This document shows, in pieces, positions 16,494-29,294 of a stretch of DNA of 64,000 nucleotides (position 1 is the first letter of the stretch; every line of letters starts with the position of its first letter). Source of the DNA: the human T2T-CHM13v2.0 reference genome, Homo sapiens. The stretch lies in assembly GCF_009914755.1 (NCBI RefSeq), contig NC_060948.1; one strand, given 5' to 3'. The notes below the pieces were generated by a model. The model was not told the origin of the DNA and searched no databases. It saw only the letters and a program-made list of their open reading frames with translations. The translations under genes were made by a program, and so were the position numbers.

Positions 16494-16850
16494 GGCACCA
16501 GGGCCTAAACCTGTAATCCCAGCAGTTTGGGGGCCAAAACAAGAAAACCGCTTGAGGCTAAGCATTTGAAACCAGCCTGGGCAACATAGCAAGACCCTTT
16601 CTTTTAAAACAAACAAGAATTAGCCAGGTGTGATGATGCATATCTGTAGTCCCAGCTACTAGGGTGGTTGAGGCAGGAGGATTTCTTGAGCTGAGGAGTT
16701 GGAGGCTGCAGTGAGCTGTGATCATGTCAGGCACTCAAGCCTGGGTGACCAAAGCAGGACCCTGTCTCTAAAACATGAAAGGGAGGGAGAGAGGGAGGGA
16801 GAGAGAGAAAGAGAGAAGAGTATAGGAAAAGAAAGAACAGAAGAAGGAAA
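16494..16850 (+). mobile_element. AluJ with GA-rich tail
   Basis: cctgtaatcccagca...ggagttggaggctgcagtgagctgtgat. Confidence 0.85.
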
Positions 16851-17239
16851 GTCAAATCAGTCCTTACAAATCCCCAGAGATTGTTTCAGTTACCTGTAGG
16901 GAATAGGTATTAGGTGAGATGAAGATGAAAATACAGTCTCCAGATTATAACTCAGTGTGTTTTGTGCTATTTATCTATAAAGTGCAGCTCTGAGTTGCAT
17001 GACTTGAGAGAAGAAAAGAGATCTGGCTTACATTTTAGTTGTCTTTGATTAAAACAATTAAGAATGCTCTGAGTCATCTGGTTTTTCAAGCCAGTACTCA
17101 CTGGCTAGAAAAGTATGTGCAATTTAATCTGTTGCATAGCTCTTCCTAAGATACATGACTAGACTATTGTTGAATGCAAAAAATAAATTTCTAAATTTAT
17201 CGACCATGAATTAGGAATTAAGTTTTCCTGGTGGAAGTG

Positions 17240-17672
17240 TGTATGAGATTCACTTTGCTGCTACAAAAAGTTACTGCAAACCTAGTGGCTTAAGAAAAAA
17301 CACACATTGATTCTTTCATCGTTCTGGAGGTTAGAAGTCTGAAATCAGTCTTAAGCAGCTAAATTCAAGGAGTTGGCATGGCTGGTTCTTTATGAAGTTT
17401 CCAAGGAGAATCTATTCCTTGGCTTTTCTAAATTCTGGAGTCTACCTTGACTCATGGCCATTTCTCCTGTCTTCTTTGACATTCTTGTCTATGTCTCATA
17501 AGGATCCATGTGATAATAGTAAGACCGTTTGGATAATAGAAGATGATCTCTCATCTTGACGCACTTAACTTCATGAGATCTGCGAAGGTTTTTGTCATGT
17601 AGGCTAACATACTGAGCTACCAGAAGTCAAGAAGTGGATGTCTTTGAGGAAAAAGTGATCCAATCTATTACA
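17240..17672 (-). mobile_element. MLT1-type MaLR solo LTR (old)
   Basis: aaacctagtggcttaa...gttctggaggttagaagtctgaaatc motif. Confidence 0.7.
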
Positions 17673-19411
17673 GAAAGTCAGATTCATCCCTTTCCTAGAA
17701 GCCACTACGAATTCAAGTACAGCACCTGCAGTTTCCTCTGGAGGTCACTGTTGATCCAAGCTGATGGTGAGGCATTTTGTTCCTAAGTCATGGTGCATTT
17801 CTACCGCATCTTTCAGGAAATCCAGACAGGCCATCCTTTGGAATAAGTACATCATGCTGTATTTCTGGCCACCACAGTCACAAATAAAAGAGAGACAGGG
17901 GCAAGGAAGAAGAAAGGAAGGAGTTGCTTGCTTTGTGATCATAGCAGCATGTTAGTGATGCATTTCAAGTTTGTGACAATGATTATAATCAAAGGTATAG
18001 ATGTGAGAGCCTCCACCCTAATCATAGTTAGGTTATTTACTATCCCAGGCAAAGTGCCATAATCTCCTTGGGCTTTCATTTCCTCACAAGTAAGATGGGG
18101 ATAAGAGTCACTTGAGGATGTCATTGTTGTGATTTAATGAACTAATGAAAGGAAAATCTTTAACAAGGTGTCTGTAACCTTGTAAGCAGTCAAGAAATGA
18201 ATACCATTTTTTGTTTTTTGTAGGGATTTAAATGCCACCAACTCAAGCTGTCATATCTTTGCTGTTTATTATTCACAATTTATTATTAGAACATTGCTTT
18301 CAAGTGCCTTCGAAGTAGTAGGTCTTTGCAATAAAAATAGTAGCAAGCCTCAGTGACTGATCTCAACAGGTAAGTTCCTGATAAAAAAAGATCAGAGTAG
18401 ATTTAATTAGGAAACATTCATGCACCAGTCATATTCCATGGGCTTGTAATTGAACTGGAAGTAAAGGAAAATATGTAAACTGTCTTCCTGCATCGATTGC
18501 ATGTCTCCAACAGCCAAGCTCACGAAGGATTTTCTTCTGGGAATTACATTTGCAGTAAGGAGATCTGGAGCTCATACTGTGCAAAAGTATGCACCCAGCC
18601 TCCATTTCATCCTACAGACCGCACCTACTTCAGGGACAACATTTTACACACCCTAGGTGGAGAGGGAATTACTTTAAAATAAAACTTACATGCTTCCATT
18701 AATAAAGCAATGTAACTTCACATAAAAAATCTGTAAAATTGCCATTACAGAGAAGAAAACAGATTTTTTCAGCATTTCTTTACTAAATCAACAAGATGTA
18801 TTAGTTTACACATTTTATTATATTTATCTTTAGCAATGTTTATCTCATAATTTGCATAATGCAGAGGATACAAGCCCTCTATGAAGAAAGACATAAAGAG
18901 GAACTTAATGATGGTAAAATTTCCCAGTAGTCGTTTTATTTTTTGTCTTCCTGGTCTACTTTTCCAATTATGGAGGTCATTTTTGTAATTTAAATTATCC
19001 AATGAAAAAAGTATGACTCCACTTTCTTATGAATGGTGAGGCTTTCCTCATTTTAAGAAATATGGATTAAGCACCTACAAGCACCCAGACTGTTTCAGAT
19101 GTCAAGGACAAGAATAAGCAGCTTACTCATCAGTTTCAAAGGGAAATTGCAATACTCTCCAATTTCAGTATTCAGTCCTTTACTTGGCTTCCTTAATAAA
19201 TGATGATATATTGTTTCTAATATAAGCTCCTTTAAAGACTCGTTACTATTTCTGCAGGAAAAAAGCAAAACAAACAAATAAACAAAACAATGGACAATAA
19301 AATCTCTTTTAATGCTTTTTTATTTTTATAATTTATCTTTATATTAAGGGAGAAAGAGAATTTCAATTTGTTTATTTGTTTTAGTCATTACTGCCTTATA
19401 TATCTGAAAGG

Positions 19412-19832
19412 TGTAAGGTTAGCTGAAAGAAAGGACAAGAGAGAGAGGGACCCAAGGTGAGGCAATTAAGTTTATTAACCTGCTGGGCTGCTCCACCATA
19501 GTTAGAGATAGCCCTGAGCTTACAAAATGAGGGATTTATATGGGAGAGGGAGACCCTGGGGTTGTTTGTCAGTTAACTTTACCACATATCATCTCATGAT
19601 CAGATTATAGTGTATTATGTTGTGTAAATAATATTTACAAGAGGGTGTAACTTAGATTTACCCACATTTCTCATGACCTCCCCTGTGCTGCCTGGAAGGC
19701 TGTAATAGCAAGCCTGGTGACCTTGCTGTGGTGCCTAGATAAGGGTTCAGGAATGCAGCAGTAGAGAATTCAGGGTAAGGGTCAGCTGCATTCTTGGGGG
19801 TGGGAGGTTCCTGAGGCAGTTTCTCCCTAACA
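19412..19832 (-). mobile_element. 3' LTR, MER48/LTR21-type (HERV-H48/HERV-F group)
   Basis: Minus strand TGTTAGGGAG...AATAAA...CCTTACA; purine tract attaaaaggctggaa at 19833-19847. Confidence 0.75.
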
Positions 19833-19847
19833 TTCCAGCCTTTTAAT

Positions 19848-21780
19848 AGATAATAGTCTTCTATTAAGGTCACCCAAATGGCCAAATTTAAATGGCTTGT
19901 CCATTTTTCAGGATGCCCAAAGGTCATCACCAGCTCTTTAGTAACCAAACATTCAGGATTTTGTAATGGCAGACATATGAGTCTTATGACCATTCAATGG
20001 GGTGCCATTGTCATCTGGATGCTTCTTTCTGGATAGGGGTGACAGTTGTTGGGAGAGGCTGGGTGGTAGGGACTGCCAGCCCAGGAGTTAAAGAACCACT
20101 GGAGTGAGGAGTCCAAAAGGTGCTGCATGATTTCAGTAGCCTTTTCATTTAACCACTGGGCCGCATCTCATACTAGTCCTGACTTGTTAGTATAGAAACA
20201 GCAATCTTCTAAAGAGATGCACAGTCCGCCTTTTTCAGCAGTGAGGAGATCTAAACCTTGATGGTTTTGAAGTGTCACTGCTGCTAAAGAGTCTATTTGG
20301 GATTGGAGAGTAAGGATTGATTTAGCTATGTCTTACAGGCTGTCTGAGAGATCTTTTGAGAGAGCCTGATAGTAGTACAAGGAAGTGGACAAGGCTGCTA
20401 TCCCTGTTCTTGTTGCAGTGGTAATTCCTAGTACTACAAGCAGGGGTATTAGCTGTATGGCTCTGCATTTATGGTCTTGAGCTTTAATAGGGACTGGTAA
20501 ACCCTGGTTTCCTGGGAAAATGTCAATTTTGGGGCTTAAGGAGACCAGGGTGGAGGTGCCAGTCCATTTGGGGGCAGACATAGGTTGAAGTTCCACACAA
20601 GAAAAATACACCCTGGCTGGGCAGAGAGAACTGGTTGTGTATATTGAAAAGGTGTGTGAGTTTATTGTTTTTATTTTCCCACACACATAGAATGCTGGCT
20701 AAGGTGGCTCCAGTAAGTGGCTGAAAAGGAGTTTTAGGGGTCATTTGAGTGGCTCCTTGTGTTTTATTCTCCCATTGGAGAAATAATCATTTTGTGTCTA
20801 CTAGAGTTATTCAGAGGAGTAATTGCAAGAGAGTATACTTAGGCATTTGGCAAGGAGAAGAGACAGGCTACAAGGGGTCTATGGGTGAATGGTCATACAG
20901 CTCATATGTCTGCCATTACAAAATCCTGAATGTTTGGTTACTAAAGAGCTGGTGATGACATTTGGGGGTCCTGAAAAATGGACAAGCCATTTAAATTTGG
21001 CTGTTTGGGTGACCTTAAAATGTTGGTGGTACTTTGAGGCCTGAAGCTCTAAGGTATAGTTACATTGATGGGATACTAGATGACCTAAAGGCAGACCTGA
21101 GGACAGGTTGTGTTGAATACACACGAGTCTTGAAAAGTTAGACCGGTGTTGGTGGACATAGGGCCGTGAATGGGCTGTTATTACTTGTATATTAGATAAG
21201 ATTGGAGATATAGGAGTATAAAAGTTGTACTTTGTGCCCTGTCAGAGTGTTTTTTTGTCATGTCTATGACAGAAAATTTGGCTAGTGACTGCATGTCTAA
21301 AATTTGGAATGGGTTTTTCCTTCATAACGGGGGTGATAAGTTAATTTAGTAAAAACCCAGTTTTTTGAGGGAACGGGGTTGGCAACATAGGTGGTAGTTG
21401 ATAGGGAAATGTAGAGCTAGCAGTCTTTTTGTAGGATGGGGTTGGACTGGTTTAGTAGGGAGTGAGTTAAGGGTCTTACAGAGGTAGTTGTGTACTATTG
21501 GAAGGGTAGGTGTGGCTATGTGGGGCAGCTAAAGGAGTAGGAGAGGTAGATAGACAGAGTGAGTGGAAAAGTAAATAAGTGCATTTCATCTGGGGAAAAG
21601 TCGCATAGGGGGCTTGGAAGATACCGTCATCTATCCACTCTAAAAGATAGTTGAGAATGGGAGTTTGGGGATGAAACCAGGAGATGTCTTGGCAAACAGA
21701 GGTGAGGAAGAGGGTGAAGTGGCAAGGTAGGCAGGAACAGGGCATTTGAGAGAAATTGGGAAAGTACTTGTGATTGTCAG
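19848..21780 (-). pseudogene. env: Gammaretrovirus-like env remnant (HERV-H/F group)
   Basis: HKCR|AIQLIPLLVVLGI cleavage site and fusion peptide; immunosuppressive domain [24 protein letters not shown] at ~20190-20275. Confidence 0.9.
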
Positions 21781-21789
21781 GAAGAGAAG

Positions 21790-24540
21790 GAAGAGTCTGG
21801 GTATTGTTCAGAGGTCTTCTTCAGGATGGACGTGAGACGGAGTTTGGATGGGCTAAGGAGAGTACTGAAGAATGGATGGAGGATGGCAGTGAGTGGGTCA
21901 GTGGGTGCTTCGGGGGCTCTTTTTAATCTGGAAAGATGGTACCAAGCAATATGACCTGAAAGTTTAGCTGCAGTGGGGGTAGTGAGAAGAACTTGAAAAG
22001 GGCCTTCCCACTTTGGTTCAAGGATTGTTGGTTTAAGAGCTTTTAGGAAGACATGCTCTTCTGGAATGAGGGTTTGGTTCGTGGGGCCTTCATCAGGTTT
22101 TGGGATGGCCTGGTTATCTTGTTCGTGGAGGAGATGACAGATGAAGGAGAGTGTTGAGAGGTGTTCTCCTAGCTGAGAGTTAGAAGAGTGCCTGTTTTGT
22201 AAGAGGAAAGGGTGTCCATACATTATCTCATATGGACTGAGGAAGGAGGGTGTTTTGGACTGGCTCTGATGTGAACCAGTGCTATGGGCAAAAGGCAGGT
22301 CTATGCTTTTTGGACCTCAAGAGGGGGTTTGGTTAACTAAGCCTTAAGAATCCCGTTTGCCCTTTTGACTTTTCTGAGTGACTGGGGTCGATATGGGATA
22401 TGGAGGCGCCACTGGATGCTGAGGGACTAAGAAACCTGTTGGGTGATTTGGGAGATGAAGCTAGGGCCATTGTCTGATTGTGTGGAGCTAGGAAGGTCAA
22501 ATCTAGGGACGATTTCCATCATAACAATTTGGGAGACTTCTGCAGCCTTTTCTGAAGAGGTAGGAAATGATTCTACCCACCTAGAGAAGGTGTCTATAAG
22601 AGTAAGAAGAAATTTTGTCCTCTTGATGGGAGGCATGTGGGTGAAGTCTACATCCCACTCCTTCCCTGGGAGAGTTCCCCTGAGGTGATGTGTAGGGATA
22701 GGGGAAGAGTGGAGGGCCCCTTGGGAGAAAATAACAGAGCATAGACAACAGTTTGAGGTTATAGATCTTAGTGAGATGAATAGATGTGTGGAGGAAAAAT
22801 AAGGGTGAAGGAGTAGGTACAGGGGGCACACACTGATATGGAAGGATTGGTGAAGAGATGTCAGAATTTCTTTAGTTTGCTCTTGGGGGAGGATGAGCTT
22901 TTGATTTTTCACTATCTAGTCTCCTTGAAAGGAGGCTCCTTTCTGTAGTAGTGAAGCTTTCTCGGTAGGAGAGTACTTGGATTGGATTGCTGGGGTAATG
23001 AGGAGGAGAGGGGCAGGGACAGAAGAAAGGGAGGCTTCTTTTGTTTCCTCATCAGCCTGTCTCTTCCCTCTTCAGATTTCCTCTGATCCTGTTTGATGTC
23101 CTCAACAGTGCATAACTCCTGCTTTAGCTGGGAAGTGTGCAGCCTGAAGGAGTTTGTAAATAAAAGGGCCATTAGTGATGGGGGTTCCTTTGGCAGTAAG
23201 GAATTCTCTCTCTTGCCAGTTGGCAGCGTGGGAATGAAGAATGTGATAGGCATATTTAGAGTCTGTATAAATGTTGACTTATTTGCCTTTGGAAAGTGGT
23301 AGAACCCAGGTGGGAGCTATGAGTTCTGCTCTTTGAGAGGAGGTTCTCGGCAGTAGAGGCTTGGCTTAAGTTTACTCAGTCAAGGGAAAGAACTACATAT
23401 CCAGCAATTCTAGGGGAGCTGGTGGGCCCAGAAGAGGAGCCATCTATGAATAGTTGATCATCAGATTTGGTGAGAGGCTCCAAGGAAATGTTTGGAAAAT
23501 TTGTGTCTAGGTGGTCCAGGATGTCAGTTCAAGAGTAAGGAGAAGAAGAGAATACAGGGAGTAAGATGCTGGGTTGAAGGGAGCACTTTTCCCAAGACTA
23601 AATTCGGGATTTTTGATAAAGAGGGCATGGAGTAATTTGGGAAGGTGGAAGGGAGCTTAATGCTCAGGAAGAGAAGAGGTCTTGTAGATTATGAGAACTT
23701 TGGGCAGCAGTATTCTGGCTGAAGTTTAGTTTCCTGCTTTCTAGAGCTAAAACAGCTGCTGCTGTTAGTGCTTTAAGGTAGGTTGGCCACTCTTTGACTG
23801 TGTTATCTAGTTGTTTAAAGAGATAAGCTACAGGGGAGAAAGAAAGAGGATTTCCTTTCTGTTTTTGTAAGACACTGAGGGCTATTCTTCAGCTTTCAGC
23901 AGTATAGAGAGTGAAAGGCTGGGAGATATCAGTAAAGACAGAATTGGCACAAAGAGAAGAGCAGTTTGGAGTTTGTGGAAGCTGGGGAGTATGTTATGTG
24001 AGGGGTTTAGGGGTTCATTGAGAGGGCCTTTGACCACTTCATAGAGTGGGTGAGCTATGAGAGCAAAGTTGGGAATCCATACTCTAAAAAAGACTGATAG
24101 CCCTAAGAAGGGAAGGATTTTGCTTTTGGAGGAAGGTGGGGCTAGAATATCAGTGTTGCTTGGGCTGGATCATAGCCCAGGTCCCAGGGGAAAGTTGAAT
24201 TCCTAAATAGGTCAGCAGGGAGGTGGAGAGTAGTGTGCAGTTTTGAAAGGATGTCTCTGCTAGGAGCGGAGTTGGACATGAGAGCAGGACTAAGAAAAGT
24301 GAGTAAAGGAAAACATGTGCAGGGAGCAGAAGAGTGGAGGGGTGGCTCAGGGTTTGGAGACTTATCCATCAATTCCTACAACAGAGACCTGGGAGGACTT
24401 AGTGTGTCCTGGAAAATTAGGTAAAGCAAAGTAGGTTGTCCCAGTAATACTTTTTTAAAAAACATACTGGCCTACCTGCCACCATCAGAGTTACCCTCAG
24501 CTCAGACAAAGAGAAGGTAGTTGCCAGGGCATCAATTCCA
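21790..24540 (-). pseudogene. pol: pro-pol remnant (HERV-H/F group); RT catalytic core apparently deleted
   Basis: Integrase WDVDFTHMP..LIDTFSRWVESFP..QSDNGPSF and LEPKWEGPFQVLLTTPTA; RNase H LFIDGSS; protease end RDILSKL joined to the RT thumb near 24200. Confidence 0.88.
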
Positions 24541-24549
24541 GGGCACCAT

Positions 24550-25452
24550 CAGTCCTCAGTGGCAAGGCCAATAAGATCTGAATAGGAGGTTTTGGCTGGC
24601 TCAGGAAGGGATGGAGCAGTCCTTTCAGGGTTCATTCACCATCTGACTTCCAGTGGGGTCTTCCACAGAGTGAGGCATGGCTTGGTGAGCTCACCTGGGT
24701 TTGGGCATTGTCTAGATTAGTGGCCTTCACTGACACACGTGAAGCAGGCACTAGGTAGAGGTGAATTACTAGGAGGCTTTCATGTGGAGCTGAAGCCCCA
24801 TGGGCCTGCAGGGCCTCTGATAGAGGACTTGAAACTGCCTGTTTTTGCCTTTTACTTTCCTCATCATGATTCTTAAAGACTTTGAAGGCTAAATTAAGAA
24901 GGTCTCATTGTGGTGTTTGAGGGCCATCGTCAAGCTTCTGAAGCTTGCGCCAATTTTGGGGGGTGGTTTGGGAGTTAAACTGAAGGTTTAAAATAGTGGT
25001 TCCTTCTCAGGAGGCAAGGTGGCCATGAGTAGATTTTTAGAAAGCCTCTGTAAGGCAGGGAAGAAATTGGGCAGGGTTTTTATCTGCTTTCTGGGAGATT
25101 TCTTTGAGTTTTTCAAAGTTTACAGCTTTATGAACAGCTTTGTTAAGACCTGCAATGAGGCGAGTAACCCTATATGATTACGGAATGCTAGCCTGGGGTC
25201 TGTGGGTTGGTACTTCCAGGAAGACTTTTCCTGGGGAAATGCAGCGCCTCCTACGGTTGTAGTAGGATCCTGTCATTGAAGGCAACTGGCATGTGCCTGA
25301 GCTGCAAGCCAAACTTTTTCTTCTCTTCCGGGAGGAGGGTAGAAGACAGAATAATATAGAGATCATGCCAAGTAAGTTCATAAGATTGGGTGAGATATTT
25401 AAATTATTTGATGTAAGTATCGGGATCAGAGGAGAAGAACTTGAGACATTTT
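24550..25452 (-). pseudogene. gag: gag CA-NC remnant with two zinc knuckles; 5' gag and 5' LTR missing
   Basis: CFTCVSEGH*SRQC at ~24700-24755, second degenerate knuckle ~24640-24680; MHR-like EISQKADKNPAQFL. Confidence 0.8.
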
Positions 25453-25544
25453 ACCAAAATAAGTCCTGTTGCAGGAAATAAGTGAGTTTCACAGCTTTCT
25501 GAGCCCCTACTCGACCCAGGAAGCCCAGATGATACCTCCTTTCA
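25453..25544 (-). mobile_element. 5' fragment (~90 bp) of an LTR30/LTR12-related LTR
   Basis: Minus strand TGAAAGGAGGTATCATCTGGGCTTCCTGGGTCGAGTAGGGGCTCAGAAAGCTGTGAAACTCAC; start resembles the LTR12 start seen in this window. Confidence 0.6.
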
Positions 25545-25801
25545 TTTTGGTGCCTTAATATTATCAAGGCTTGCACAATGAGTCTTGACATGCATGTGTT
25601 CTGGAGTAACTAGAAATTCTAGTTACTTAGAGTTGGGTAAAAGAAGCTTGGTACCCTCTACCAGTTAAGACCACTTTTTGCTTGTTGTGGCCCTTGATGA
25701 CAGACACAGGCACCCTGCTCCAAAGCCTGGGGCTTTACAGGTTACCTAGGATGGCCCTGGAAGCTTCTGGGATGGGAGAGGCCTCCTTGGGCTATTCCTA
25801 G

Positions 25802-26605
25802 TGTGTCTGGAATTTGTTCCTTCTGTTGGATTCTTGGTCTTGCTGACTTCAAGAAGGAAGCCACAGACCCTCACAGTGAGTGTTACAGTTCTTAAAGATG
25901 GTGTGCACAGAGTTTTTTCCTTCAGATGTTCAGATGTGTCCAGAGTTTCTTCCTTCCAGTGGGTTCGTGGTCTTACTCGACTTCAGGAGTGAAGCCGCAG
26001 ACTTTCACACTGAGTGTTACAACTCTTAAAGGTGGCACGTCCAGAGTTGTTTGTTCCTCTTGTTGGGTTCGTGGTCTCGTTGACTTCAGGAGTGAAGCCA
26101 CAGACCTTCACAGTGAGTGTTACAGCTCATAAAGATAGTGCAGACCCAAAGAGTGAGCAGCAACAAGATTTATTGTGAAGAGCAAAAGAACAAAGCTTCC
26201 GCAACATGGAAGGGGACACGAGTTGGTTCCTGCTGCTAGCTCAAGTGGCTCCACACACATCCTGCTGATTGGTCCATTTTATAAAGAGTTGATTGGTCTG
26301 TTTTACAGAGTGCTGATTGGTCTGCTTTACAGAGGGCTGATTGGTCCATTCTTATGGAGTGCTGATTAGTGTGCTTATAAACTTTTAACTGACACAGATC
26401 ACTGATTGGTGCATTTACAATCCTTTAGTTAGAAAAGTTCTCCAATACCTTACCTGATTAGCTAGACACAGAGCACTTATTGGTGCATTTAAAAACATTT
26501 AGCTACACACAGAGTGCTGATTGGTGCATTTAAAATCCTTGAGCTAGACAGAAAAGTTCTCCAAGTCCCCACCCCACCCAGAAGCCCAACCGGCTTCACC
26601 TCTCA
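25802..26605 (-). promoter_or_regulatory. LTR12 3' LTR with tandem CCAAT (NF-Y) repeats
   Basis: Repeated ctgattgg at 26260-26525; repeated gacttcaggagtgaagcc units; polypurine tract ttagagggggtat adjacent. Confidence 0.9.
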
Positions 26606-26619
26606 ATACCCCCTCTAAA

Positions 26620-27700
26620 TAGGACACTCCAACTGATGTTGGGAATTAGGCTGATGACTGCTCTAGCTAATTCCTGCTGCACAGGAGCAAAGAAGGGGCC
26701 CTGAAGTTGTAGGGTCCTCCACAGGGGAACTCTTTAGGCCAGTGAAAGGGCCAGTGGGTCAATCCAGGGGTCCTCAGTAGCAGTTGTTAGTTGAGCTCAT
26801 TTAGGATTCCATTTGCAAGACCATCTGTAGCTTGATGGCCTTGATTCTAGAGGAAACAAATTTGACAAGGAGGTTAAAAATACAGGGCCCAAAGGTGAGT
26901 AATAGCAAGATGGCTGCCACAGGACCTAGAAAGGGGAGAATCCATGTTGCCCAACTCCAGATGTTGATATAAGAGTTTGAAAGGTGTCTGACTTCAGAGG
27001 CCTTTTCCTGTAAACATGGGGCAGCATCTCATACTATCCCTGACTGGTTAATGTAAAAACAGCAATCTTCCCCAAAGAAGGTGAGAGTCCTCCTTTCTCA
27101 ACAGTGAGGAGGTCTAGGCATCAGTGGCTTTGGAGAGTCACTGCTGCCAAAGAGTCTATTTGGGATTGTAGAGTAGCGATAGATTTTGTTATTTCTTACA
27201 ACTATCTAAGAAATCCTTTGAGAGTGTGTGATAGTGGATAATGAAGTAGATAAACTGGCTATTCCAGTTCCTGTAGCAGTAGCCATTCTTAACCCTATAA
27301 GTAGGAGTATTAGTTGTATGACTCTGTGCTGATGGACTTGAGCTTTGAGGAGTACTGATAAGGTCTGATGTCCTGGGGCAATGTTAATGTTGGGACTTAG
27401 AAAGACTAAAATGCAGATGCCGGTCCAGTTAGTGGGGAGACAGATATAGGTCAACAGATATAGTGGGGAAACAGATATATTCCATGTAAGAATATACCTT
27501 GGCTGGGTAGACACAACTGGTTGTGTGTGTTAAAAAGGTGTGTGAGTTTGTTGTTTTCATTTTCCCATACTCCTAGAGTACTTGCCAAGGTAGCTCTGGT
27601 GAGTGGCTACAAAGGGTGTTGGGAGCAAACTGAGTGGCTCCCTGTGCTCTATTTTATTTTTATCCTGGCAGGAGCTACCGTATGTAGTCCTATGACAAAA
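26620..27700 (-). pseudogene. env: ERV9 env remnant (end of SU plus TM)
   Basis: CLPTNWTGICILVFL; HQHR|VIQLI; LQSH*CLDLLTVEKGGL. Confidence 0.85.
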
Positions 27701-27829
27701 ATTATGGTTAGTATGCTGTTCAATAATATGACATAATAGTAAAAGGATTCCATTAAAGGGGCAAGGAGAGGTGTTAAAGATAATGCATATGTAGGTTTTC
27801 ATTTATCTTTTTTAAGGAGGAAGGGTTTT

Positions 27830-29270
27830 TCTTCAGGATCGGTGGTAGAAGCCTTTTTAGTCTGGGATATTTCCTTCTGAAATAGGAGACGCAAGTCCTC
27901 CAATGGTTAGCAAGTCCTCCAAAGGTTTATCAAGGCTGCCCTGGCTAATCTGGGGACTCATGAGCTGATAGACCCACAGGTGCCTCAGGGTATGTTTCCC
28001 ATTCTACTAGATGAGTATTTGCTCTCTGAATCTCCTTGGTTAGAGTATATAGGGGCTGGTCTATCTTGCTGTATCTGGGGATCCATAGTTAGCCAAAGCT
28101 GGTGATTCTAAGGAACTGCCACAACGGTTTTAATGTCTTAGAGTGAGGATAAGCCAGTATAGGCTTTATTCATTCCTTACTGAGGGCTCTGATCCCTCTG
28201 GTCAAGATTAGGCCTAGATATTTGAACTGCTGTAAGCAAATCTGGGCCTTCCACATAGACACTTTTTACCCTTGGTCAGCTGGAAAGTTCAAGAGATCTA
28301 GAGTAGCCTGCTGGCATGAGGCTTAGGAACTGGTAGTCAAAAGTGAATCATCCACATACTGAAGGACCAGAGTGCCTGGACTTGAGAAGTGGCCTAGATC
28401 TTGGGCCAGTGCCTGACCAAACAAGCAAGGCCTATCCCTAAACACGTGGGGCAAGATCTTCCATGTAAGTTGGGATGTGTGGTTTGTGGGATCCTCAAAG
28501 GCAAAGAGAAACTGGGAGTCAGAGTGCAGGGGAATACAGAAGAATGCATCCTTTAGGTCCAGAACAACAAACCATTCTGCTTCTCTGGTGTTTGAGAGAG
28601 CAGAGTATAGGGGTTTGGTACAACTGGACATAGAGGAATTACTGCCTCATTGATGAGTCTAAGATCTTGCAATGGTCTGCACTGACTGTTCCGCTTTTAT
28701 ACTCCTAGAACTCAGGTGTTGCATGGACAGCTGCATTTCCTTACTAAATCTTGAGCTTTTAAATGTTTAACAACATCCTGTAATTCTTTATGAGCTTCAG
28801 GCCTTAAGGGATATTGCCTTCAATAAGGAAAACTGGTGGGGTCTTTTAGCCTGATTTGGACTGGGTGGGCATTTTTTGCCCTTCCAAATTGTCTTTCCAA
28901 TGCCCAGACTTCAGGATTGTTTCCCTCCTCAAAAGGGGACAACCAATGGGTAACTTGTTCCCCATATTTATGTAGATAATAGCTCCAGCTTTCGCCAATA
29001 TATCCCTCCCTAATAAGGGTGTGGGACCTTCAAGCATAACAAGAAAGGCATGTGAAAAGAGTAAAGTCTCCCAATTACAACTGCGGAGGTGGGAGAAATA
29101 CGTGGTAACAGGCTGTTCCAGGATTCCTTGGATGGTAACAGACCTTAAAGACAGTTGTCCAGGACAGCAGATTAGCACTGAGAAGGTGGCACCAGTGTCC
29201 AGCAGGAAGTCAATTTTTTGGCCCTCAATGGTTAAACATACCCAGGACTCAGTGAGGGTGATGACATGAG
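27830..29270 (-). pseudogene. pol: ERV9 pro-pol remnant; connection, RNase H and most of integrase deleted (junction ~27990)
   Basis: Protease FLLDTGA and LLGRDIL; RT VLDLKDAFFCIP..LQYVDD; RT thumb joined to the integrase C-terminus EPLEDLRLLF. Confidence 0.88.
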
Positions 29271-29294
29271 CTGGTGCTTGTGCTGGGCACCCTC

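Noticed and set aside
19848-21780. Possible co-opted env (syncytin/suppressyn-like)
   Set aside because: Broken by multiple stops and frameshifts; longest piece ~117 aa
25820-26560. Regularly spaced repeats resembling a CRISPR array (also at 31930-32690)
   Set aside because: Normal LTR12 U3/U5 tandem repeats; no unique spacers, no cas genes, human DNA
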